From an uncultured Acidobacteriota bacterium (lineage in GTDB: Bacteria > Actinomycetota > Acidimicrobiia > Spongiisociales > ZC4RG35), in assembly GCA_963828465.1 (NCBI GenBank), contig CAWHEU010000021.1, positions 64,001 to 128,000 on the forward strand: a DNA stretch of 64,000 bases, written 5' to 3'. Numbering within the stretch: the first letter of the stretch is position 1; every line of letters begins with the position of its first letter. Positions 1-9,227 of this stretch are shown piece by piece. The notes beneath the pieces were generated by a model, which saw only the letters and a program-made list of their open reading frames with translations, was not told the DNA's origin and searched no databases. Made by a program: the position numbers and the translations under genes.

Positions 1-306
1 GGCCGCGGGTACCTCGTCGTCGTTGTCGATCGTGGTGACCAGATAGGTCGCGGCGGATGAGCCGACTACGAGCAGCACGGCCAGAAAGGCGACTAACCAC
101 GGAGACGTGCGGGCTGAGCCAGTCTTCGCCGGCTGGGTCGGCTCGGCGGGAGCAGGAACCTGAGCCGGCTGTGGGGTGTCAGGAATCTCTTGTGTGGACG
201 GCGCCTCGGTGGCGACAGAGCCGTGAAGGGTGGGGTTCTCGTCGCTGACCGGGCTTTGCTCGGTTGTCGACGGGGCTGGATGCTGTGTCATGTCCTCGTT
301 TGTCAT
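1..306 (-). CDS. N-terminus of a membrane-anchored protein (Pro/acidic tail plus one TM helix), possibly an HtrA-like protease; runs off the window
   Basis: Not in the ORF track. Manual translation: MTNEDMTQHPAPSTTEQ...SPWLVAFLAVLLVVGSSAATYLVTTIDNDDEVPAA. AGGAGG RBS upstream. Lies directly downstream of the kinase. Confidence 0.6.
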   Translation of the reverse strand, partial: MTNEDMTQHPAPSTTEQSPVSDENPTLHGSVATEAPSTQEIPDTPQPAQVPAPAEPTQPAKTGSARTSPWLVAFLAVLLVVGSSAATYLVTTIDNDDEVPAA

Positions 307-348
307 CGTGTTGAAAACCTCCTGGCACCGAACCTAGGACCCGGGAGA

Positions 349-1504
349 TCAAGCACCCGTAAATGGCGTGAAATCCGGTGGGGAACCTGTGGTATCGCCT
401 TTCGGGATCCAGATTGTCATCGTGGTGCCCGCGCCATCGGGGCCGGTCGCCGAGACCAGGGCGCCCTCGTGACCCTGTGCGATCTGCTCCACGATGGAGA
501 GCCCGAGGCCGATGCGCCCGCCCTCCGGCTCCTCAGGCAGCCCCGGGCCCTGGTCGGACACCGCCATCCAGGCCCATTCGTCCACGACTCCTGCCCCGAT
601 CCTTATCCGTGATCCGGTGCCCGATACACCGATCGAATTGTCGAGGAGGTTGGTGAGGGCACGGTCGAGGGCGACAGGGACACCTTCGACCAAAGCTGGA
701 GATACGCCGCTCTCGAGGACGATTCCCTTCTCCGCCAGGGGTTTCTCGTATTCGGAGGACTTGGCGCTCACGATCTCGGCCAGATCGAGGGCGACGGCCT
801 GCGCCTTGCCGGTCTGAAGCCGCGGCAGTGGCGAGAAGGCCATCGATCATCTCGGACATCTTCTCCGCGTTGCGCCGGACAATCCCTCCCACCTCCTGCC
901 AGTCGGTCACGGTCGCAGCATCGTCATCGGCCACCACTTCGACATTGGAACGAATCACGGCAAGTGGTGTCCGGAGATCGTGGCTGGTGTCGGCGAGGAA
1001 CCGCCGCTGACTGGCAAATGCTCGGTCAAGCCTCTCGAGCATCCCGTCGAAGGTGTCGGCAAGCCGGGTGATCTCGTCGTCGGGGCCTTCGAGAGCGATG
1101 CGGCGGCTCAGATCCGAGGCCTGGATCTCCCGGGCCACGTTGGTGATCTCAATCACCGGTCTGAGAACCCGGCCCGACATCACCCAGCCGACCACGATGC
1201 TCAGCAGGAACAAGGCGACAAGGGCGAGGATCGTCGCCTTGGCGACCTCGTTGAGGACGATCTCGTTGTAGACCGACTCGATCATCCGGACCTCGCGGGC
1301 GGCGAGGGAAGGGAGCACCCCGATTTGGACGCCGTCCTGGATGACGGGGCGGCCCGACCACACGTATTGGGTCATGGTCTGACCCCGCAACCAGTTCCTG
1401 AGGGCCATATAAACCAGGCCCAGCAGGGCGCCTCCCAGACCGAAGACGATGGCCGAGTACTGCACCGAGAGGCGAAAGCGGATCGAGTTCCAGGCCTGCA
1501 TCAC
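349..1504 (-). CDS. HAMP sensor histidine kinase, frameshifted near 820-840
   Basis: ORF 533..1504 has 2 TM, HAMP and H-box SHDLRTPL. ORF 349..843 has N-box LTNLLDN, G1 VSDQGPG and G2 GLGLSIV. Confidence 0.9.
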
Positions 1505-2175
1505 TCACTCAGCCTGTAGCCGCGTCCGGGCACCGTCGAAATCAGCGGCGGGTCACCGAGCTTCTTCCGCAAGTTGCTCACCGTGACCCGGACCACGTTG
1601 GTCATCGGGTCTGCCATCTCGTCCCATACGTGCTCGAGGAGGTGCTCCTGGCTGAGCACAAGACCGGCATGGGACATGAAATAGTGGAGGAGAGAGAACT
1701 CCTTGGCAGTGAGATCGAGGGCTTCGCCACCCCTCGAAGCTTCGAAACGGGCAGGATCGAGCCGCAACGGGCCGACCTCCAGAACCGGGTCGGTGCCATC
1801 GTCTCTCCGGAGCAGTGCCCGCACCCGTGCCGACAGCTCGGCGAAGGCGAAGGGCTTGACCAGGTAGTCGTCGGCCCCTGAGTCGAGACCGGTCACCCGG
1901 TCCTCGACGCCGTCACGTGCGGTGAGCATCAGGATCCGGGGACGCTCGCCCTCGAGCGTTGGCAGCTCACCGCTAACCAACCGGCGGCAGAGAGTGATAC
2001 CCGAGCCGTCGGGCAGGCTCCAGTCCAGGCAAACGAGGTCGTACGTGGCGGTGCGAAGCTTCATATCGGCGTCGGAGGCAGTCAGGGCCGTGTCGACTGC
2101 ATGACCGTCGCGTCTGAGACCTCTGGCGATCGCATTGGCCAGGTCCGGCTCGTCTTCAACTACTAAAAGGCGCAC
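1501..2175 (-). CDS. OmpR/PhoB-family response regulator (CutR-like)
   Basis: LLVVEDE, LDWSLP, LTARD, GADDYLVKPF and a winged-helix TVPGRGY; overlaps the kinase start. Confidence 0.95.
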   Translation of the reverse strand: MRLLVVEDEPDLANAIARGLRRDGHAVDTALTASDADMKLRTATYDLVCLDWSLPDGSGITLCRRLVSGELPTLEGERPRILMLTARDGVEDRVTGLDSGADDYLVKPFAFAELSARVRALLRRDDGTDPVLEVGPLRLDPARFEASRGGEALDLTAKEFSLLHYFMSHAGLVLSQEHLLEHVWDEMADPMTNVVRVTVSNLRKKLGDPPLISTVPGRGYRLSE

Positions 2176-2309
2176 TATTCACCAAGCTAAGGGGCCGTGG
2201 GTAACGAACTGATAAACCAAGAGTCACCCTTGCTCGATACCAGTATGGGTCCAGCGACCCAACTGATAGTGAAACCGAGTGACGATGATGAGAGTCAGAT
2301 GCTTTGCAA

Positions 2310-2486
2310 ATGGTCGTAACTTTCATAACCCAAGATCAAGACGGATTCCACACGTACACAGGCCATGTGGTCTCACGTGGGCCAGCGACCATCGTGGTGA
2401 TGCTGACCGAGCCATTCAGCATGGCAGGACGCTCGGTCCAGTTTCCCATGAAGGTCGTCGTCGAGGAGAAGGTCGTCTCAGCCTGA
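2310..2486 (+). CDS. small hypothetical beta-rich protein
   Basis: ORF 2304..2486 fills the gap, with protein-like composition (MVVTFITQDQDGFHTYTGHVV...). Confidence 0.55.
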   Translation: MVVTFITQDQDGFHTYTGHVVSRGPATIVVMLTEPFSMAGRSVQFPMKVVVEEKVVSA

Positions 2487-2532
2487 GACACTCCATGGCT
2501 TCATCGGCTCCTCGAAAAGTAGGTGAGTCGCC

Positions 2533-2796
2533 GTGTTCCTAGACGCATCCACCTGGCAGGCGCTCGCCATTTGCGGCGCCGTAGGCGGCGTGGCTGGGCT
2601 CCTTGCCGGGTTCGTCGCCAACGCCACCAGTCTCATCGGTGCAATCCTCATCGGGATCATCGGTGGCATCGTTGCGTCGGCCATCATGAGGATCGCCGGT
2701 GCCCCGGCTATAGCCTCGGTCGGAGACGGGTTCTCCCTTGTTTGGGCTGCAGTCGGCGGTCTGCTCCTCGGCTACGTCGTCGGCCGCTCCAGCTAG
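2533..2796 (+). CDS. small Gly/Ala-rich membrane protein (GlsB/YeaQ/YmgE-like)
   Basis: Three hydrophobic Gly-rich helices with IGIIGG and WAAVGG patterns. Confidence 0.75.
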   Translation: MFLDASTWQALAICGAVGGVAGLLAGFVANATSLIGAILIGIIGGIVASAIMRIAGAPAIASVGDGFSLVWAAVGGLLLGYVVGRSS

Positions 2797-4094
2797 CCAC
2801 TCCCCCGGTCGGGCTCTTCGTCGTCCGTTGCGGTTATCTCGACCTCCCCGACCCGCCGCCCCTCGGTGCTGCGGACACGCAATCTCCAGCCCTGGTCCTC
2901 GATCACGTCGCCACGGCGCGGCAGGCGCCCGAGACGTTCCATGACGAGTCCACCGATCGTCTCGTAGTCACCTGACGGCAGCTTCACACCGAACTTGACC
3001 AACTCATCGGGCCTCATAGTGCCTGCGGCGACGATCCGACCGTTCGGCTCCACCGATACCAGTTTCTGCCGGGGATCGTGCTCATCCGCGATCTCGCCGA
3101 CCAGTTCCTCGGCGATGTCCTCCATCGTGATGATGCCTGCCGTGCTGCCGTGCTCGTCGACCACGACGGCGAGATGGGACCGGGCATGTCGCATCTCGTC
3201 GAGAACGGATCGAAGGGGGGCAGTTTCCGGGACTACCAGGGGCTCCCTCAGGCGCTCGGGGGGCAGGGGCGCATCCCGCTCGACCTCATCCGTCATCAGG
3301 TCCTTCACATGGATCAACCCCGCGATGTTGTCGAGATCACCCTGGTAGATCGGGATGCGGGAATGACCGGTGACCCTCATCAACTCCTGGATCCCGGACA
3401 CGAGCGTCTCGGAGGGTGCAGCCACGATGTCAGGTCTGGGAACCATGACCTCGGAGGCATCGAGATCCCCAAAGATGATGGCGCCGGTGAGCAGTCGGTG
3501 GGCAAAGTCCTCGATGACCCCTTCCCTCCTGCCGGTGCCGATTATCACGGAGAGGTCTTCCGCCGAATGACCGACGTCGAGGGCGTCCGTCGGCCGCACC
3601 CCGAAGAGACGGAGCACTCCGTTGGCACTGGCATTGAGGAGGGCGATAAGGGGCCGGAAGAGGAGGATGAACCCACGAAACGGCATAGCGAGAAGCACCG
3701 CTGTTCGCTCTGGCGCGGAGATGGTGATGTTCTTCGGCGCCATCTCGCCCACGACCATGTGGAGGAACACCACGATGAGAAGGGCAATGACCAGCGAGAT
3801 GCCGTGAATCACGTTCTCCGAGAGCGGGAGGAACCCGAGCCCGAATTCGAAGATCGAGGCCACCGCCGGTTCGGCCACGGCGCCGAGCAACAGTGAGGCC
3901 ATCGTGATGCCGAGCTGCGCCGCGGCCAGACTGAGTGTGAGGTTCCTGTTCAGGCCGACGGCGATCTGGGCCGACCTTCGCGGTATCTGCTCCAGCACAT
4001 TGCGCCGAGCCGTGATGTAGGCGAACTCTGCGGCGACGAAGAACCCGTTGGCGAGGAGGAGCAGGACCAGCCAGAGAAGAGCCGGCCAGTTCAC
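2793..4094 (-). CDS. hemolysin-family CNNM/CBS/CorC protein
   Basis: NGFFVAAEFA, AQLGIT, GEMAPK, HSRIPIY, VVDEHG. The GTG start at 4094 overlaps the upstream TGA. Confidence 0.92.
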   Translation of the reverse strand: MNWPALLWLVLLLLANGFFVAAEFAYITARRNVLEQIPRRSAQIAVGLNRNLTLSLAAAQLGITMASLLLGAVAEPAVASIFEFGLGFLPLSENVIHGISLVIALLIVVFLHMVVGEMAPKNITISAPERTAVLLAMPFRGFILLFRPLIALLNASANGVLRLFGVRPTDALDVGHSAEDLSVIIGTGRREGVIEDFAHRLLTGAIIFGDLDASEVMVPRPDIVAAPSETLVSGIQELMRVTGHSRIPIYQGDLDNIAGLIHVKDLMTDEVERDAPLPPERLREPLVVPETAPLRSVLDEMRHARSHLAVVVDEHGSTAGIITMEDIAEELVGEIADEHDPRQKLVSVEPNGRIVAAGTMRPDELVKFGVKLPSGDYETIGGLVMERLGRLPRRGDVIEDQGWRLRVRSTEGRRVGEVEITATDDEEPDRGSG

Positions 4095-5386
4095 CTGTCG
4101 TCCCCTTCGCGTTCGCTGTACCGGGTGACACGCACCTGGTCGACACGGTGCCCGTCCATCGACAGAACCTCGAAGGACGTGTCCCTGACCCGTATCACCT
4201 CGCCGACATGCGGGAAACGCCCCAGCTCGGCGACCAGGAAACCCCCCAGGGTCTCGTAGCGTCCATCGGGCCACTCGAACTCGATCAACTCCTCGACCTC
4301 ATGACGATGCAGGAGCCCGGATAGGACCTCGACCTCTCCCTTCTCTGAATCCGAGACCGGCTCGGCGTCGTATTCGTCTTCGATCTCCCCGAATATCTCT
4401 TCGAGGAGGTCTTCGATGGTGACAATGCCGGCGGTGCCCCCGTACTCGTCGACGACGACCGCCATGCCCCGCCCTGCTGATTGGAGTTGGGTGAGCAGGT
4501 ATTCGAGAGTGCTCGTCTCGGGGACCTGGAGCGCAGTATTGGTCAGCTCCCCGACCGGGGTGAGCGGAATCCGCGATTCGGGGACGTTGAAGCTGTCCTT
4601 GACGTGAACGACGCCGACGATGTCGTCGAGGTCCTCATCGAATACCGGGAAACGCGAGTGACCGGTCGCAGCAGAGGTCCTGCGTAGCTCGGCGACCGAG
4701 TCGTGACGGCTGAGGCCCACGACCGAGACCCTGGGCACCATTGCGTCCGCCGCGACCTTCTCGGTGAAGGTGATGGCCCGGGTCAACAATTCCATCTCGT
4801 CGTCGTCGAGGCGGCCTTCCTCACCCGATGATCGGATCATCAGCTCGAGCTCCTCCATCGAGCGAACTCCCGCCAGTTCCTCTCTCGGCTCGATGCCCAG
4901 CTTTCGGACCGTCCAGTTCGCCGACTCGTTGAGGAAGAGGATCAGCTGACGGAGCACCCTGTTGACCACCTGCAGCGGTATGGCAAACCAAACCCCGGTG
5001 AAGTAGGGCCTGGCGATGGCCAGATTCTTGGGGACCAGCTCACCGAACACCATGGCGGCCCCTGTGGCGAGGATGAAGGCGATCACAATCGACACGGCAG
5101 GAGCGGATGTCTCGGTGACGAACGGGAGCGACGAGATCGCGGGCCGGATCAACGTCGCCACCGTCGGCTCGGCGATAGCGCCGAGGATCAGCGATGTGAC
5201 CGTTATCCCGAGTTGCGCCCCGGACAGCTCGAAGGAGAGGTTTCGCAGGGAGGCGAGGATGCGCCTCGCCGACCGGTCACCATCCTCCGCCCTTCGCTCC
5301 ACATTGCTGCGGTCCACGGCGACGAGGGCGAACTCCGCAGCCACGAAGAACCCGGTGAGCAGGATGAGCAGGACGACCGCGCCCAA
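4091..5386 (-). CDS. hemolysin-family CNNM/CBS/CorC protein (true start possibly GTG ~5433 with an indel near 5405)
   Basis: GFFVAAEFA, GAQLGIT, GELVPK, HSRFPV, VVDEYGG; tandem paralog of the next gene. Confidence 0.92.
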   Translation of the reverse strand: MGAVVLLILLTGFFVAAEFALVAVDRSNVERRAEDGDRSARRILASLRNLSFELSGAQLGITVTSLILGAIAEPTVATLIRPAISSLPFVTETSAPAVSIVIAFILATGAAMVFGELVPKNLAIARPYFTGVWFAIPLQVVNRVLRQLILFLNESANWTVRKLGIEPREELAGVRSMEELELMIRSSGEEGRLDDDEMELLTRAITFTEKVAADAMVPRVSVVGLSRHDSVAELRRTSAATGHSRFPVFDEDLDDIVGVVHVKDSFNVPESRIPLTPVGELTNTALQVPETSTLEYLLTQLQSAGRGMAVVVDEYGGTAGIVTIEDLLEEIFGEIEDEYDAEPVSDSEKGEVEVLSGLLHRHEVEELIEFEWPDGRYETLGGFLVAELGRFPHVGEVIRVRDTSFEVLSMDGHRVDQVRVTRYSEREGDDR

Positions 5387-5501
5387 CCCGAGGTAGGTAC
5401 TAATGGATTGGCTCCGGGCTCACGGTTCGCACAAGGATAAGTCTGACGGGGTGCCGCGTGGTTTGTGCCCGTGATGGCGGTGGTAGGTGCTGGCGGAAGC
5501 C

Positions 5502-5858
5502 ATGCCCAAGTACCTGGTCAACGAGGCCGCTGTGGCCAAGGCCGAAGAGCTGATCGAGGCGCGTCGATACGTGGTTCGCAGCGAATGGTCGGAGGTCCAG
5601 CCGAGTGCTGCGTCGGAGAACGACTTCCTCGATCGCAACGACTGGGAGGCCTACTCCCTGTGGCACCTCGGGTTGACGGACGGTGCTCAGGACGAGACCA
5701 AGGCCCGCTATGCCTTCGTGTTCGGTGACCTGCACCGTCTCCATCGCAGCGGGCTGATGGCATGCCGCTTCCGGGCAACGCAGTGGGATCACAAGGAAAT
5801 CGAGCTGGCATCCCACGAGTTGATCCAGAAAATGGATGCACGACGCGGCAAGACCTAG
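5502..5858 (+). CDS. hypothetical protein
   Basis: ORF with typical codon usage (WHLGL...TKARYAFVFGD); no family recognised. Confidence 0.75.
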   Translation: MPKYLVNEAAVAKAEELIEARRYVVRSEWSEVQPSAASENDFLDRNDWEAYSLWHLGLTDGAQDETKARYAFVFGDLHRLHRSGLMACRFRATQWDHKEIELASHELIQKMDARRGKT

Positions 5859-5881
5859 AACCTACGACTTACGACCTAGAA
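5854..5881. repeat. four tandem heptamers CCTAGAA CCTACGA CTTACGA CCTAGAA
   Basis: Read directly between two convergent gene ends. Confidence 0.6.
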
Positions 5882-7320
5882 CGCTGACACGACTTCGTCG
5901 TGTCAGCCTTTATGGCCCCCGCCTCCGCCATGTTGAGCTCGATGAGCCGGTTCATCTCTACCGCGTACTCCATCGGTAGCTCCTTCACGATGGGCTCGAT
6001 GAACCCGGCCACGATCATCGAAGTCGCCTGATCCTCGGTCAGCCCACGTGACATCAGGTAGAAGAGCTGCTCTTCACCGACCTTGGACACCGTGGCCTCA
6101 TGGCCGATCTCGGCGTCGTTCTCCTCGATCTCCATGTACGGGTAGGTGTCGGAACGACTGTGCTCGTCGAGGATGAGTGCGTCACAGCGCACGAATGACT
6201 TGGCGTTCTCGGCGCCCGGCTCGACCCGCACCAGGCCCCGGTAGCCGGCCCGCCCGCCGCCCTTCGAGATCGACTTGGAGACGATCGTGGAGGTGGTGTC
6301 GGGGGCAACGTGGATGATCTTGGCCCCCGCGTCCTGGTGCTGTCCCTCGCCGGCGAAGGCGATGGAGAGGACCTCGCCATGGGCGCCAGGCTCCATCAGC
6401 CACACTGCCGGATACTTCATCGTGAGACGGGACCCCAGGTTGCCGTCAACCCATTCCATGGTGGCGTTTCGGTAGGCAGCGGCACGCTTGGTCACCAGGT
6501 TGAACACGTTGTTGGACCAGTTCTGGATCGTGGTATAGCGACAGCGAGCACCCTCCTTGACGACGATCTCGACCACGGCCGAATGAAGCGAGTCAGTGGT
6601 GTAGACCGGCGCGGAACAACCCTCGACGTAGTGAACGTAGGCGCCTTCGTCGACGATGATCAGGGTCCGCTCGAACTGGCCCATGTTCTCGGAGTTGATC
6701 CGGAAGTAGGCCTGGAGCGGCTGATCGACGTGGACCCCTGGCGGCACGTAGATGAACGAGCCACCGGACCAGACCGCCGAATTCAGCGCGGCGAACTTGT
6801 TGTCGTTGGGTGGAATGATCGTCCCGAAGTACTCCTTCACGATCTCGGGGTAATCGCGGAGAGCGGTGTCCATGTCGGTGAAAAGGACGCCGAGCTTCTC
6901 CAGGTCTTCCCGATTTCGGTGGTAGACGACCTCGGACTCATATTGCGCGGTGACTCCGGCCAGGTACTTCCGCTCGGCTGCGGGGATGCCCAGCTTCTCG
7001 TAGGTGGCCTTGATCGACTCGGGGACCATGTCCCAATCTTTCTGCTGCTCACCCGCCGGCTTCACGTAGTAGTAGATGTCGTCGAAGTCGATCGTGTTCA
7101 GGGCACCGCCGCCACCCCATTGGGGCATCGGCTTGCGCAGGAACCTCTTATAGGCCTTGAGACGGAAGTCGAGCATCCACTCGGGCTCCTTCTTCATGGC
7201 CGACATATCGCGGATCACGTCTTCGTCGAGACCCTTCCGCGGTGTGAAGGCGTACTCGATGTCGTCCCGCCAGCCGAGCTGGTAGGCGCCGAGATCCAGT
7301 TCAACGGTGGCCACAGGCAA
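5869..7320 (-). CDS. sufB: Fe-S cluster assembly protein SufB
   Basis: [50 protein letters not shown]. Confidence 0.97.
   Translation of the reverse strand: MPVATVELDLGAYQLGWRDDIEYAFTPRKGLDEDVIRDMSAMKKEPEWMLDFRLKAYKRFLRKPMPQWGGGGALNTIDFDDIYYYVKPAGEQQKDWDMVPESIKATYEKLGIPAAERKYLAGVTAQYESEVVYHRNREDLEKLGVLFTDMDTALRDYPEIVKEYFGTIIPPNDNKFAALNSAVWSGGSFIYVPPGVHVDQPLQAYFRINSENMGQFERTLIIVDEGAYVHYVEGCSAPVYTTDSLHSAVVEIVVKEGARCRYTTIQNWSNNVFNLVTKRAAAYRNATMEWVDGNLGSRLTMKYPAVWLMEPGAHGEVLSIAFAGEGQHQDAGAKIIHVAPDTTSTIVSKSISKGGGRAGYRGLVRVEPGAENAKSFVRCDALILDEHSRSDTYPYMEIEENDAEIGHEATVSKVGEEQLFYLMSRGLTEDQATSMIVAGFIEPIVKELPMEYAVEMNRLIELNMAEAGAIKADTTKSCQRSRS
5883..5907. terminator. perfect 11-bp hairpin at convergent gene ends
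   Basis: GCTGACACGAC-TTC-GTCGTGTCAGC. Confidence 0.65.
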
Positions 7321-7465
7321 TCACCTCGATAATTCGCTTCTACAGGCCTCTTATGTAAACGGGAGTATGGGGTCTCGAATTTCCACTATCCCGGTAGTGC
7401 GATTGTACCGGATGGGTACTAATGACGAAACCAGGTCAGCTGCCACCAAACGTTAGGTTCGGGGC

Positions 7466-7909
7466 ATGCCGGTGATTGTGGTCGGCGCCGACACGCCGCA
7501 AGGTCGGGCGGTTGCAGAAGGATTGGCGGAGCCGGGGCGGGAGGTCCGCGCCTTCGTCACGGACCCGATTGTCGGTGCCGAGTTGAGACACATGGGTGTC
7601 AAGGTCGCGCTGGGGGATGTGTCCGACGACAGCCATATCCAGGGCGCATGCACAAATTGCTTCACGGCCGTCTTGGTCACTGAGGCGGCGCGCGATCGGC
7701 GAGAGCGTTCCTTCGCGGCGAACGAACATCAGGTCCTGGAGGGATGGGCTGCGGCGGCAGCCGCATCAGGTGTCACCCGTGTGATCTGGGTCCACGACGG
7801 CGAGCTACCGCCCGTGCGGGTGAGGGAGGTGCGAACGGTTTCCCCCGATCACCCCGACCTCGTCGGCGAGGTAGCGGCCCTGGACGACGCGCGCTTCCTC
7901 CCCTCATAG
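7466..7909 (+). CDS. short NAD(P)-binding Rossmann (NmrA-like) protein
   Basis: VIVVGADTPQG, VRAFV and GDVSD; TAGGTT lies 6 nt before the ATG. Confidence 0.7.
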   Translation: MPVIVVGADTPQGRAVAEGLAEPGREVRAFVTDPIVGAELRHMGVKVALGDVSDDSHIQGACTNCFTAVLVTEAARDRRERSFAANEHQVLEGWAAAAAASGVTRVIWVHDGELPPVRVREVRTVSPDHPDLVGEVAALDDARFLPS

Positions 7910-7914
7910 AGAGA

Positions 7915-8542
7915 TCAGGACAGCTTGGCGTCTCCGTAACGCATCCCCCAATGAGCCATGGCTGCACGCAACTCCATGGCCCGCTCGTAGGCGTCCTTGA
8001 GGACGGGATAGGGATCGACTTCCCCTCCATCGTGGGCGAGCTCGAAATGGGTATGGGGCCCTGTCCACTCTGCGTTCCCGGAGTCACCGACGTAACCGAT
8101 GTGCTGGCCCGCCTCGACATGACTTCCCACGTCCAGGCCCGGGACCAGCGTCATCGACCAGTCGGCCTGCCCATTGTCCGTGCCGGGGTCATCGTTGTTG
8201 AGATGCAGGTAGCGGGTCGACCATCCCGCCTGGTGCTGGATTTCGATGTACCTGCCGGCGCTGCCGTGGGTGTCGATCACGCGTGACGATCCCTGCCGCC
8301 GCCGCGTAGACGTGTGTCAGCTTGGGGGCCATCAGATCGTTGCCCTGATGACGGCGACCGCCTGACCTGGCGGCACCGAATGTCGACGAGAAGACTGTCG
8401 ATGGGGCGTCCTGAGGAAAGTCGACGGCAAAGGGAGGGTTACTCGCGGCCTGGGCCGGGGTAGCTGGGACCATCGCGCCGGCGACGAACAGTGCCGACAG
8501 CGTCAGGGTCAGAAATGGCGTGACCTTTCCTCGGAACGTCAT
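7915..8542 (-). CDS. secreted M23-family metallopeptidase, frameshifted near 8280
   Basis: Signal peptide MTFRGK...AQA and HQGND (HxxxD) in one frame; [14 protein letters not shown] and PHTHFE (HxH) in the next. Confidence 0.9.
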
Positions 8543-8564
8543 TGAATCTCCTAGCAAATTGGGG

Positions 8565-8598
8565 AAAACAAAACGAGGGACTTTCCTGGGTCCCTCGC
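8565..8598 (-). terminator. intrinsic terminator inside the 5' leader of the M23 gene
   Basis: Minus strand CGAGGGAC-CCAGGAAA-GTCCCTCG followed by TTTTGTTTT, about 22 nt before the ATG. Confidence 0.75.
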
Positions 8599-8700
8599 AG
8601 CCGTGGAACCCTATGAGGGCCCCGATTGCTACGCCAACTCCGCGCGGAGAGTGACGAGTGCGCGCGCAGCGCGCACAACGGTGAGACAACCCTTACAGGA

Positions 8701-9156
8701 TCAACTGGAGCCTTGCTCGGTGGGTCTGGCCCGGACGCTGAATCGGAGACGTGACAACGGGTCCCCGTCGACGGATATCACGAACGAGTAGGACCCCTCG
8801 CGAGCGAAGAGCAAGTTGTTGAAGGTGAACGAACGGACGACGCCGAAGTCGGTTGGAGACGGCAACTGACGCTGCACTGGCAGTTTGACCTGATGAGCGA
8901 GCGGCTTGGAGAGCAACGGCGCTCCGTCGGCATCCTGCAACTCGACCGACAGGTCGAGCGTGTCCTCTCTCCATGACGTCGGGACCCGGAGTCGCAGACC
9001 GATAGCCATGCTCGGATGGCGGGCCGGGAACGACCTGACCCACAGCGTGTCCCAGCCCCCACCGAGCACGAAGAGCTTCCCTCGCACCGCCTGCACCGCG
9101 TCGGCCAGCAGCGCCACGTCGATGGTCGGGCCGATCGAGTCGGGGGCACGATCCAT
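8701..9156 (-). CDS. hypothetical protein (DUF6941-like)
   Basis: ALLADAVQAVRGKLFVLGGGWD and FAREGSYSFVISVDG patterns. Confidence 0.7.
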   Translation of the reverse strand: MDRAPDSIGPTIDVALLADAVQAVRGKLFVLGGGWDTLWVRSFPARHPSMAIGLRLRVPTSWREDTLDLSVELQDADGAPLLSKPLAHQVKLPVQRQLPSPTDFGVVRSFTFNNLLFAREGSYSFVISVDGDPLSRLRFSVRARPTEQGSS

Positions 9157-9227
9157 GCGGGAACCTTATTGCAGCCGGGGTTCGGTTCCGACACCCCTCT
9201 CCCCTATCGTTTCGGGCAGGAGGTTTC

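Noticed and set aside
8543-8700. Assignment of the M23 leader to c-di-AMP, c-di-GMP, SRP or 6C RNA
   Set aside because: The hallmark conserved sequences of these families were not recognisable by eye, so the leader is kept as an unassigned candidate.
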